This document shows, piece after piece, positions 37,001 through 49,000 of a stretch of DNA of 64,000 bases. Positions within the stretch are counted from its first letter, which is position 1. The number at the start of each line of letters is the position of its first letter. A model generated the notes under the pieces. It did no database searches and had not been told where the DNA came from. It saw nothing but the letters and a program-made list of their open reading frames with translations. This DNA comes from Thalia democratica (lineage: Eukaryota), in the NCBI GenBank assembly GCA_965202585.1, contig OZ241834.1, forward strand, positions 31,124,001 to 31,188,000, given 5' to 3'. Made by a program: the position numbers and the translations under genes.

Positions 37001-40000
37001 AACTTCGGCTTCTGCTTCTTCTTTTCGTTGTACATGTCAGCATCATCGTAGTGGTCAAGCTGGAATAGTTAAAGTTTGTTTAAGGTATCGATTTGTATAT
37101 TAAGTATAAAGTTGGTAACAAAAACAGTTTTACAGAGACTAGTTTTAAAACACTTAAAGCAAAATGCACTAATTTAACTTACATTTCATGACTTTTTGTT
37201 TAAAACTTTATGATAGAAAAATAGACAAGTTTTTTATCTATTCAAAATTTTTTTTAAGTTGCTTGAAGAACGTAGAAGCAAACTTAAATAATGAACTGTT
37301 TAATTTCGTTAAAACTTATCAAAAAAAATACTGCTTTTTTAATTTTTATTGTTCTTATTTTATTTTCATACCTTGTGTCTCTCCGAAGACTTCCCCGCCT
37401 CCAGCTGGGACTTCTGACCCGATCCCTTCTTCACGGTGAACCTCCTTCCCTTGTCCTCCTGGACCTTCTGCTCCTGCTTCACCGTCACCTTGCACCTTGC
37501 CAGGTCCCTCCCGTGCTTGTTCACCGCCGTCGCCGTGTACCACGCGTCGTGCTCCCGCTTGCTGGCGCCACCTATCGTCAGCAGCCCGTGACCGTCCACC
37601 CCGTCGATGCTGTAAAAAAAAATAAAGTCTTTAACTTTTAGTACAAATTAAACTATTTTGAAGTTTTAATAATTATACAATTGAAAAAATTCAAAACTAC
37701 TTTTTTTTAACTTTGTTAACAAAAACATAGAATAATGTTTATCAAGACAAGCATTATGTTGCCGAATTTATTTTCAATTATAAATGTAAATTAAGTAGGT
37801 AAACAAATAATGGAACATGTATTCAACGCACAGAAAATCGTGGTTTCCTTCGGGGTGCAGGAGGACGTTGTCGCGCATCCACACGATCTCAGGAGTGGGT
37901 TTTCCCACCGCGAACACCTCCAACCTGATCGTGTCGCCCTCCTTCGCCGTCAAGCTCTGCGGCTTCTCGAGAATCTTCGGTATCTCCGCTCCCTCTTTTG
38001 CTAGATTTTAAACAACAATTCTTATTAATGAAATATAAATTAGGGATTAAAATTTATAACCAACATTGATAAACTTGGATAGATTTTTGCATTGAAGCTT
38101 TTAGCTACAAATTTTTTTAATCAGTTGTTTTTGCTTAAATAAGTTTCGTTTTATTTTGTGCAATATTAATTGTACGTACATAAAGAAAATTGGATAAATG
38201 TATAGAAAAAATTGAATACAAACTGTCTTGATTTTCATCAAGCACAAAACAAAAGTACTTAATAATTAAAATTTTGAGAGTTGAAAATTTATTTTGAGAT
38301 AACTTTTAAAAACTTGAAATATGTATATTTTTTCAACACAAGCGTATTTAATTTTGCTCACCGACGATGGTGAGGTTGAGCGAGGTGTAAGCCTTTCCAG
38401 CCTCGTTCTTGGCGATGATGGTGTACTTCCCTGTGTCGTCCAGCTTGGCCGGGGAGATTATCAAGGACCTGACTCCGTCCTCCTTGATGACCAATCTGTG
38501 ACTGTAATCTTCCTGCACTTCGTTACCTGCATATGAAAAATGTTTAGTTTTTGTGCTTTGTTAAACATATACAATTTATCATAAAGCTAATAAATATTGC
38601 AAATGTGGTTTAAGAATCTATGGCTAAAGTTTTTCTTTGACAAAGTTGGTTACTGTAATGTGTTTTTAATGTTATTAGATATAATAGTCTTTGGATAATA
38701 TTTTCTTAATAGTCAAGCTTTGTTGGTAGATTATATTCTGAAATAAAATAAAAAACAATTACTTTTTAAGTAGCACGTCAAAATTTTGACTTTTTTCAAC
38801 TATCTTTTAAGTATAAATTTTGTACTCTTCAGTTATTAGTTAGTTTTAAATAGTACTTAAATTTCAGCCGCTTTTCAACATTTTTAAAAGTTGTACAACG
38901 TTAATTTTTTTTTCAACTACTAACCAAAATAAATATTCGAATATTTTCCAAAAATTGAGTAAGCTAAAGTCTAAAAATGTTTCGCGGTAAGTCAAGAGTG
39001 CTTAGGCTGGCTCTTAAGCTGTTTAAGTAGTAACATGTACGGATAAACTAGCTATTTAAAGAAAGCGTTTGTTCATTAAAAAAGCCTAGTGTACATTAGC
39101 TATGTCGTTTATTAGTAAAATATTTATCAGTTATAACTAAAAAAACTATACGAAACTAAAACAAGATAAATCTAACTGATAAAAAAGTTTACCTTTGCAA
39201 CTGGTTATACACACGTATACGTTTAAATCTAGCTGTATCCAGCTATGCAAAGCATCTTGACCATTGTTATTTGTTTCAGCTTTAATGTTATTTCTTAATA
39301 AATTTTCTTGTTCCTTAAGACTATTTACTCCCAGTCTAACAGAAGTAGAGCGTTTAAGTATGATATCATTATTTAAAAATTTCTCTTCTTGTTTAAAACC
39401 ATTTTCTCCTAGTTTAATTGAAGATGAGCGGTTAAGTTTGTTATCATTAATAAATATCTTTTCTTGTTCTTTAATTCCATTTGACCCCAGTCTATCCGAA
39501 ATAGAGCGTTTAAGTTTGGTATCATCATTTAATAACTGTTCTTGTTCTTTAATACCATTGGACCCCAGTCTATCCGAAGTAGAGCGTTTAAGTTTGGTAT
39601 CTTTATTGACAAAGTTTTTACTTTCTTCAATATTTTCTGCGTTGTTATTCACTTTGTTTCTTTTCAAACTTCTTCTAAACTTCCTCGGCGCTAGCAGTTT
39701 GTACCGGGACTTGGGAGCAAAGATGCTTTTCTCGCTTTTTATCGACTTCACGAACCCCGAATCGCTAGAATCCGTGAAAGACTCGGATCTCTGTACTTTT
39801 TTGATGTCATCCTCGCTATAGATAATTTCCTGTTCACCGTTTACTTTGACCTTGTTTTCTTTTTCTTTCAACTTGCTGCTTTTAGAGTCTTTTTTCTTTG
39901 AAAATTCACTGAACGACTTGTTTAAGCTGGACCTGATATTTTTTAAACTTTGTGAAAAAGTCAAATTTTCCGCTTCTCGAGTTTTGTTGAGTTTTCGAAC

Positions 40001-43000
40001 CTGCTTCGGAGTTCTAAAGCTTCTTCTGGACTCCGGATTCTTGTTTATGTCGTCTCTTAAAAACGGATTGCTAGACACTCTTTTTAGGTTGTTTAGGCTG
40101 TTCAGTTTACCTTTTTTAACTTTTGCATCTTTTTTGTCACATTGCATATTTATGATAAGTTGAGGCTGGTTAAACCTTACTGCTATTCCATATATGTAGC
40201 TTTCCATAAACTAGTACGACAAAATTTTAAAAAGTTCAAAAATCATTCTGTTTAAAAAGCTACTAGACTTAAAATTCATAAAATACTGTTATAAAATTGA
40301 AAAAAAACACAAACTGGTTTTAAACTACAAATTAACGTTTTACGAATAAACAATACATAAACCTAGCTGTAACCTACAAACTTTAGTTTTTTATATAAAC
40401 AAAAACAATAGTTTACAAATCGAAAGCTGCTGTATAAACAAAATCAAACCGTCGCGTACCGCGTTGCCTCGCAAAACCTACACAAACATTTTTTTTTCTG
40501 GCAAAACTTTGTCGCACAAAGTAATAAACTTGAAACACTTGCCAGCAACAAAACAGCTTTTTTTTGTAAACTTTCTCTCAAAAAAGCGTTCAAGTGGCAG
40601 CGCGAGGGGCTGTTGAAGTTTTATTTTTATTTTTTGTAGTAGCTTTGCCCGCTTTATTTTTGTTTGCTCAAAAGACAGCAAAGAGTCACTTTCCGATTGA
40701 AGATTGCTTTTTGTTTGCTCAATTCTGCTTGCTCAGTCGGTGATAAAATACTTAGACTTGACGCCTTACGACTTTCCTTTTAGTTTTTATGTTAGTCGTA
40801 TTAAGCTACTGATTAACTTATTATCTTTTACTAAATAATCAACTTAAGTAATGACTAGTTTATTTTTATTTTTTTTAATTTTTAAATTTGAATAATTTTT
40901 TTTTTTATAAATATTTAAGTTATGAAGTTATAAAGAAACCCTTAGAATTTAAATGACAACTATTTGAATTAATATATACCGGTACACTTTTTTCTGTTAA
41001 ATTTTACAAAAAAAAAACAGCCATGGTAAGTTTCATTTATTTCTACATTGTCCGTTTCATTAACAAAATTTAATTGCTGAGCTATTTCAACGTTCAATCT
41101 GTCTTATACTAAATAAGCCTTTTACCAACAGTTTTTGAACAATCAAACACCTTTTCCATAAAAAACTTTACTAAAGTCTTATTAAAAAATATTTTAAAAT
41201 AACTTAATAAAAATAACTGCAAAGCATAGTTGTGTTTCAATTTTTTTTTTGTAAAACAGCCATTCATTAAAATGCAGTATTTTTGATTTTTAATGCAACA
41301 AGTGCCATTAACAGCTACTTCAGCTTGAGTATCAAAAGTATATTTACCAGTGTAAGAACAGATTGTTTGCTTAGGTTACTGCAGAAGCTTTTTACAGTTG
41401 TTAAAAACTGTTTGTTTGTCTAAGAAAAAATTTACGAGTAAAAGTTTAAAAATTACGACTTGATAGGTAAATGTGGTAAACAAGCTTTTAAAAGTTCTAA
41501 TGTTTAGTCGAAGTTTTAACATAAATAATTACTTTTGTGCGTTTGTTAAGTTTAAATTTAGTTTATAGCGTTTTTACTTTTTAAGTGTGTAGTTATAAAA
41601 AATTAGTAAACTCCATCAAAATAACCTTTTAAGAAGAAAGTAACTTCAGGCATTGGTCTTCCTGTGACTTTACAGTCGATTCTGGTTGCGTTGCCTTCAG
41701 TGCAAACAATACTGTCTGGCTTTGAAAGAAAACGAGGCCTGTTCGTAAACATACAAAGTTACAGTTCGAGCTTTCTTTAATTTACAAATTAGACATAAAA
41801 CCTGTTCAATTTTTTAAAATTTTAAAGTTGTTTAGTTGCAACTAAAAGGTCTAAATCAAAATTTGCTTTTATCCGTATTTGATTATGTAACAACTCGTTT
41901 ACAAAAACTCACACAAAATTACTTTCAAATCGTTGTTTTTATATTACTCAACATCAAAACAAAAACTCAATTATCAACTAATTAATTTTAGAGATCTTTA
42001 AAAATATATTGCAATTGTAAGCAAATTAAAAAATTAGTTTTATAACTAATTTATTTCAATTTGGTGATTTTTTAAATCTTATGTTTAGCAACAACGGAAA
42101 AGATTAAGCTTTTCAAGGTACAACAAAAGGAACAACTGTTTCAAACTTAAGTTTTACTGAAACTAAGCCTTCAAAAACTAAAACTGATTAATATATCTAT
42201 ATAAGTACTTATCAATACAAATAGAGCATAAATAACTGTTAAAAATGTTTTTTTTTAAATTACACAAAAAAAGGGGATTTTTATCATCTCATGTCTAAAA
42301 ACGCAAAAGTACAACAAAAATTAAAATAAATTACAAGTAGGATTTTTCAATGTCGTTTTGGTAGCTCTTCTCGGTGTACGCTTGCTTGTGATTGGTGGAT
42401 CTCGTCGTCAGGTTGGTCACGTGGGTCAGCGCGGGTGAGTTCGAACTTTCCCGCGCATTTGCGCTCCACTGCACACTGGGCGATTGTCTGGCGACACCCC
42501 TGGATGAAGACCTGCGCTCTTTACGACCCCTGGCGTATTGTAAATGGTAAAAAGTGTTCTGGTAAGAAAGCACAGTGTTTGGCGAACATATTAATTTGAA
42601 TATTTAGAGGATGACATATATTAAAGGTTTAATTATACCAGGTTTCGTAGAAGAGAAAAAGTAGTTGTATTATAAGAGGAACAATAAATTAATTGTTGAA
42701 AGAGGCCCTAATAAACAGCTGTAGTTGAATTTAACCGAAATCTAAAACTTCCAGAGTTAAAAATAAAACGAACAATACCATAAGTATTTAAGATTATTAG
42801 ATCAAGTAGATTAAAAACAAACTTAGCTTGTTAAATTGCACAAAGTAAAAACAAATAAGTGACAAACACAATCATTTAACGTTAAAGTTTAAGTAAATAA
42901 AGGATTATCTTATTATTTTATTAAGATCTACTTTAAAATCAAACAAACCTAATAGATGTAGTTTGCTCGCTAACTGCAGTTTCTTCCTGACTCATTCTAT

Positions 43001-46000
43001 ACTGATCTGTGAAGTATAAAGTACAATTTTGGTAAAATTACATCATTTTAGATTTAATTTGAAAAATTAACAGTTTTTAATGGAAAAAAAAGTGTGCTAA
43101 AAGTTTGACAAACTAAAAAACATAATCAAAACTTGTAAAAGCCTACAGTAGCTTTGAAACTTATTTTGTTGTACCAAATTTAGAACAAAAAAAGAACCTT
43201 ATATTTTGTATGCATTTTATATACTTATATGAACAATAATAATACAATAAAAGTTTCAAAGTTTTAAAGAAAAACTTTTTTTTGCTGAAATTAATACTTT
43301 GACTATAAAAGATGAAAAAATTTTGATGTTAAAAATGATGATATTGGTAAAAATGTAGGCACTTAAGTAAATAAAACGTTTTCAATACAATATCGCACAA
43401 AGTAAGGTTGAATATATTTGTTTCAAACTTCATAAAAGGATTAATACTCCTTCGTTTCACAATACGTTATACTTACAGTTGTCAACTTAAATATAACTAA
43501 TTATCAACTTTATTGAAATATAAACCTTCGCTGATAACTTTGACGGCTCCGCTGATAAAACCGAACTGATTGGTCGCAGATATCTGATATTCTCCGATGT
43601 CGTCATACTGCGCGTCATCTATTACCAGACTGTACAAATCTGGAATGTTTTTTTTCAGCATTTAGTAAGTATTAGCACTTAAAGTTTGATTGATTAAGTT
43701 ATGACTTGAAGATTTTAAAATAAAATTTACCAGTACAAAAAATAACTTATTTGTTTAAAAAGGACACATTTTTTGAATTCTAATAATAATTTTTTTTTAA
43801 ATATTTAATGATAATTTTTTAAGTTGTTAAAACTAACTTATTGATTCGTCGCAAGTTATCCTGACCCGGTGGTTTCCCGTCAGCGTGACGTTGTTGCGAC
43901 CCCACGTGACCAGCGGACGGGGAGCCCCCGTGATGACGCAATCGATGCGCACCTGGCCCCCTTCGACCAGCGTCATGACCGGGTCGGGCGTGGTGACGAA
44001 GCACGGGGGCCTGCCGTTGGGTGTCGCGCTGCTCGGTCGCCCCTGCCTCGTCTGGGACTCGGGTCGCTGGGAGCCCTGGTGGGAGCCCTGGTCGTCAGTG
44101 GTTACCAGGTCGCTCTCCGACACAAACTCCAAGTCGGCGCTTTGAAAAATGAAAAGAGTTCGAATAGTTTCCAATATAAATAGTTATTTGTATGAGAAGG
44201 TTTACAAACGAGGTTTATTATAAAGGTATTTTTTGTTAACAAGTATTAACTTTTACAATTGAAACCTAATCTTAAAATATATACAAACTCGTTTAAAGGT
44301 AAATATTTAACAAAAAAATCAATTATAAACATTATAAAGCATTTAATCTAAAAAAGATTTTAAATAAATACCTTTCGAAACCGTCATAGCTGGTGGTTGA
44401 AACGTCGGTGGTTGAAATATTTGAGGGGGGCCGACCGTCGCCCCTTGGCTTTATATTGGATGCGTACACCTGTGCGTAATGATTTTTGTACAAGTAAAAT
44501 TAAAAAAAGCTTGTATTTATTCTACTATTTTGTGTTTTTTTAGTTTTTTGTGAAAAATAGAGAAGCATATCAAATTTAAAGAGTCGATAGTATTATAGTT
44601 AATTTTGAGTGAAGCTAAATTGTATTGATCATTTTTTGTCTTGTACAAACTTGTAGTGTGAATGCGTGGGAGGAGGTTCCGTGTTCGTTGGTGGCGGTGC
44701 AGGTGTACAGGTCGCTGTCGTCCAGGTAACTCTCCCTGACTATCAGGTGGGTGGTGGTTCCGTCGTACGTTATTTCGAAGTCCTGGTTCGATTCCACCAT
44801 TTGTTCTGCGTACAAAAAATATTAAAGTACACAGTTTAATTGTGCTCACTTTTTTTTTAACTTTTAAAAATTTAGTAAATTCTTACTTATAAACAAAACT
44901 TAAGTCTACTCTATAAAAAAATTAAACAAAAAACTAATAGCATTTCTGTTTTACACAAAACACTCTTTAATTTCAAATTCATGAAACTAAATTTTAACTA
45001 CCTCCACGGTACCAGGCAACTTCGGGGACCGGGTCCCCAGATATTTTGCACGTCATCAGGGTCAGTTGACCCAACGGAACCCGCAACTGGGCTTTCTCCG
45101 ACTTCACCTGAGGCGCCGAGCATGATACCTAATATTTATGTTTTAACATTATATTAAATATATACAATTGTTATATTACTGATAACAAAAACAAGGACAA
45201 GCTTACAAAAAGCCAGCTTAAAAATAGGTTTTAGAAGTTTTTGCATGTATTAATTTTTTTAATTGGTGTTATAAATTAAAAAAGCAACTTCTCAGTTTTT
45301 ATTTAGTTACGTTTTAGGTTTAGTAATGTTAGTTATATTTTTTTACTATTTTAAACATTTGATAAAATGTCAAAGTGTTGCTAACTATGATGCTTTTATG
45401 AAAAATGTCTTATTTGAAAATAATAATTAGTAAAAAATCAAAGTTTTTGAGCTCAGTGAAAAAAATAAAACAAAGCGATTAAAACTACTGATCACGGCAA
45501 TTTAAAACACAAGCGAGCAGTTGAAGTAGTTACCGACCTTGAGTTGGTCACGTGAGTAGAAATAGTCGTAACATCCAAAATAAGAAACATGCAGAAGCGT
45601 GCAGCTGTCGCTGTGCTATCACTACTACGTTAAAATAAACACTAACTTTTTTGAATTAGGGCTTTTTTATACAAACTTATTGTAAATAGTTATATTGCGT
45701 AAAAATATTTTACTAAGAATATATTGTAAAAAACTTCAATGTTTTTAATATAAGAAATACTTCAACGAAACTCTTAAAACTAACTTACAATTAAAGTTCA
45801 TTTTATTCTTGATTAACATTTTTGTAGGATCTATTATTGATAAATTTTTAAAACCTGTTATGTTAAAAAAGTTTACGTAGTTTTACATACCTACAAATTT
45901 TTAACTTGTCCAACTTACAAATCAGTGAGCAAAAGCTACATTTTTTGTAAGCTTAAAAGTATAGTTGACTTTAATTTATTTTTATAAAGTACAAATCACT

Positions 46001-49000
46001 ATCATTATAAACATTTTTATAAATACTAACCATTTTTTTGAAACAAGCAAATCAAAAAATCGCACTGCATGTATTTCTATAAAGAAACGAAATATCAATT
46101 TTTTTTTTGCGTAAAAATACCGTTTTATTTAACAAACATTTGTTTTTAAATTCCTTTACCGTTGATAAACAAGCTTATATTTAAAATTTTGTGAAAGTAC
46201 ATTGAAGAAGTTTGTAAGAATTTTTTCGATATAAGTATATTAACACTTTGAGTCGAACATAGTTTACAAACTATGAACAAACTAAAAAATGCTTAAGAAC
46301 ATATTCTAGCAACTGTGATCATGCTTATACAAAATTTAGTTTGAGTGTGATTTAGTTAGTGCACTAACAACCTAATGTGCTATTAATTTTTGTTCGTAAA
46401 AATATCTACTTTCCCTTTAAAATGGGAAATCTACGGATTGATTTTATGATTAAAAACGACTATAAAACACCACAAAAAACTAAAAAATTTTAAAACAATA
46501 TTGAAATACAAAATCATAACTTGTTTTAAAGTATACTGTTGCCTTAAAATTAACACAAATTAAAACTTTTCATCTAAAGACGTTTTTCGTTGTTATGAAA
46601 TATAAAACGGCTCGCTAAAGACCTTTTCTACTAAAACTTGATCTCTGAGTAGAAAAGTTGCCCACCCTTATATTATACAGAACTATTTTGTATATTATTT
46701 TTCGTAAAAATCTCATAAAAATTATTCTACTGTGCTTTCTATTCGTTGATATAGTGTGCGCAAATTTTCCTGAAAAAACCAACAGTGCGCAGTACAAACC
46801 ACACTCGGGTTTTATTCTCACTTTACTAAAAGGCATGAAGCTGTTTCGTTCGAAGCCACTCGTTTGCCTGTGGCCTCGGTTCCTATAACCTTGGTTATTT
46901 AAACTAAAGTCATGACGGTGAGTGCGTTTCGGTTGATGATGATCGAAACGCTGATTCTCGTAATTGTGACTCGATAATGACATGTTTGGTGACGTCATGT
47001 AATCGCGATGACGCAATGATTCGTAGCTCATGACGTCATGATGCATATTTTCGAAGCTCCGGCTAGGAGAATGGTGCGTCATCTCGTACGGCTCGTATCG
47101 GAGATGACGCTGTTTTTTGTTGGTTTGATGACGCGTCTGATTTGTTTTTTGGTAATGACGACATGAGCGTGACGTAATCACCTGGTGCTTGTTTTCTCCC
47201 GACAGTTGGCTGAAGTCGTCGGGGAACAGGGAAGGTTGAACGACGCCCGGCGAAGGCGGGATGTTTGCTATTCCCTGAAATTAAGTATATTTTTAGACAT
47301 GTAGCTTTTTATAATAAAAGTTATGTCGGTAAAAGATATTTTAAAAATTCAACAGTTGGGTATTATTATTGAAATTGATAGTTTCAAGGTTCATCATGAA
47401 AAATACAAGCTCCCCGAAATTCCGTAACAACCCTTCTACAACAGCTTTATCATTTTTTAAGAAACTTTTGACATCTACAAATTAAATGACTTACAGCATA
47501 TTTTTTCTACTTATAAAATACGTTATTTGCAATAAAAAAAACTCAAACAACCACTGAAGGGCTGATCCTGACGCTCCTCATGCTCGCTTCCTGCTGCTGC
47601 TGCTCCTTCTTCCTCATTATTGACTTCATTTCGTGAACGTTTCCGTCGAAAACTTCACTCTGTTTGAGATTAACAAGTTAAAAGAAAACACAAAAAAATC
47701 ACAAGGTTCTTATTTTACATATACACCCAAACACATAAATCAAATTTAAATAATTTTAGTTCGAAACTAACTGTTGCGTGATGCTCCTGACTGGAAGATT
47801 GTGCGGCGAATTTGCTCTCATTTGCCTCATATGAGACTACTCCTCCCTCCGAAGTATTTTCTGGTTCACCTGCATTTTAATTTAACATGTTTTACTCAAT
47901 ACTTCAATAGTTATCTTTTTTATAAGATTGTACAATTTTTAAAATGTAAAATTACCTTCCATGACAACCAATGGAGCTGATGACGTTGTCTGTCCCTGCT
48001 GGTTGGCGATTGCGCATGTGATTGTTCCGCTGTCCTCCTCTGCTACGCCCACTAGTGTCAGAGTGTGCTTTTCCCTGTCGCTTCGAACTTGACAGTTGGC
48101 AGAATCGTGTACTTGTACTCCCTATTATTTCAAAATTAAGTTTTGCGTTTGACTAAATAAAAATAAAAAATTTTAATTCAAAGATTTTTCACCTTATGTC
48201 TAATTAGTTAAAATGAGTTGGTATGAAAAAAACAAACTTATGAGTTATAAAGTTATAAACTTGTAATATCTTATTTTTTAAATGTCCATTTTTTTGGTAT
48301 GACCTGGTGTCATTTTTACCGGTACAACGTCAAATTTAAACTTAATAAAATAAAAAAATTCACCTCTTTGTACCAAGCAACGATGGGTGTTGGGGTTCCG
48401 AAAATAATCGCATTGAAAACAGCGTCACCACCTGGCGAAACCCTAACTCCCTCAAGTTGAGTTTCGAACCTCGGTGAAATCGCCATCGCTGTATGTTATT
48501 GATTAGTTGTAGAACTTATATTTTTTAATTTCTGTTAATCTGTAACAGTTTTGTTTACCACAGCTTTATACTATTGATATGACAGTAAAAGGAAAACAAA
48601 ATGGTTTAAAAACTTTAAAATTATATAAGTTTTTAAAATTAACTCATTTAGATTTAATACATTTTAATCTGTAAAAGTAGGAGAGATCTTTATTAACTAC
48701 CTTTCAAAATCTACGCTTCATAAAATATTCTCTTAAAATTTAATGTTAAACTCAAACTTTTTGAATTGAAAAACAACTAAAGCGTCATTTAAAATTAATT
48801 TCCACAAACATTTTTGTCATTATTATTTTACCAAACAACCGCACGAACATCTGATGCTGAGGTTGGCGGTGGAGGAGTTTTCTCCCTTGTCGTTGCTGAC
48901 GTAGCACGCGTACCTGCCCCCGTCCCCCAGTATCACCTTGTCGATCCGCAGCACGCACTTGCCGTTCTCGAAGTTGGCCAGCTGGAAGCGCGGCGATGAC

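Noticed and set aside
19222-39601. Common origin of the two 78-nt repeat arrays (19222-19605 and 39290-39601)
   Set aside because: Same period but no evident nucleotide or peptide similarity beyond an initial KL.
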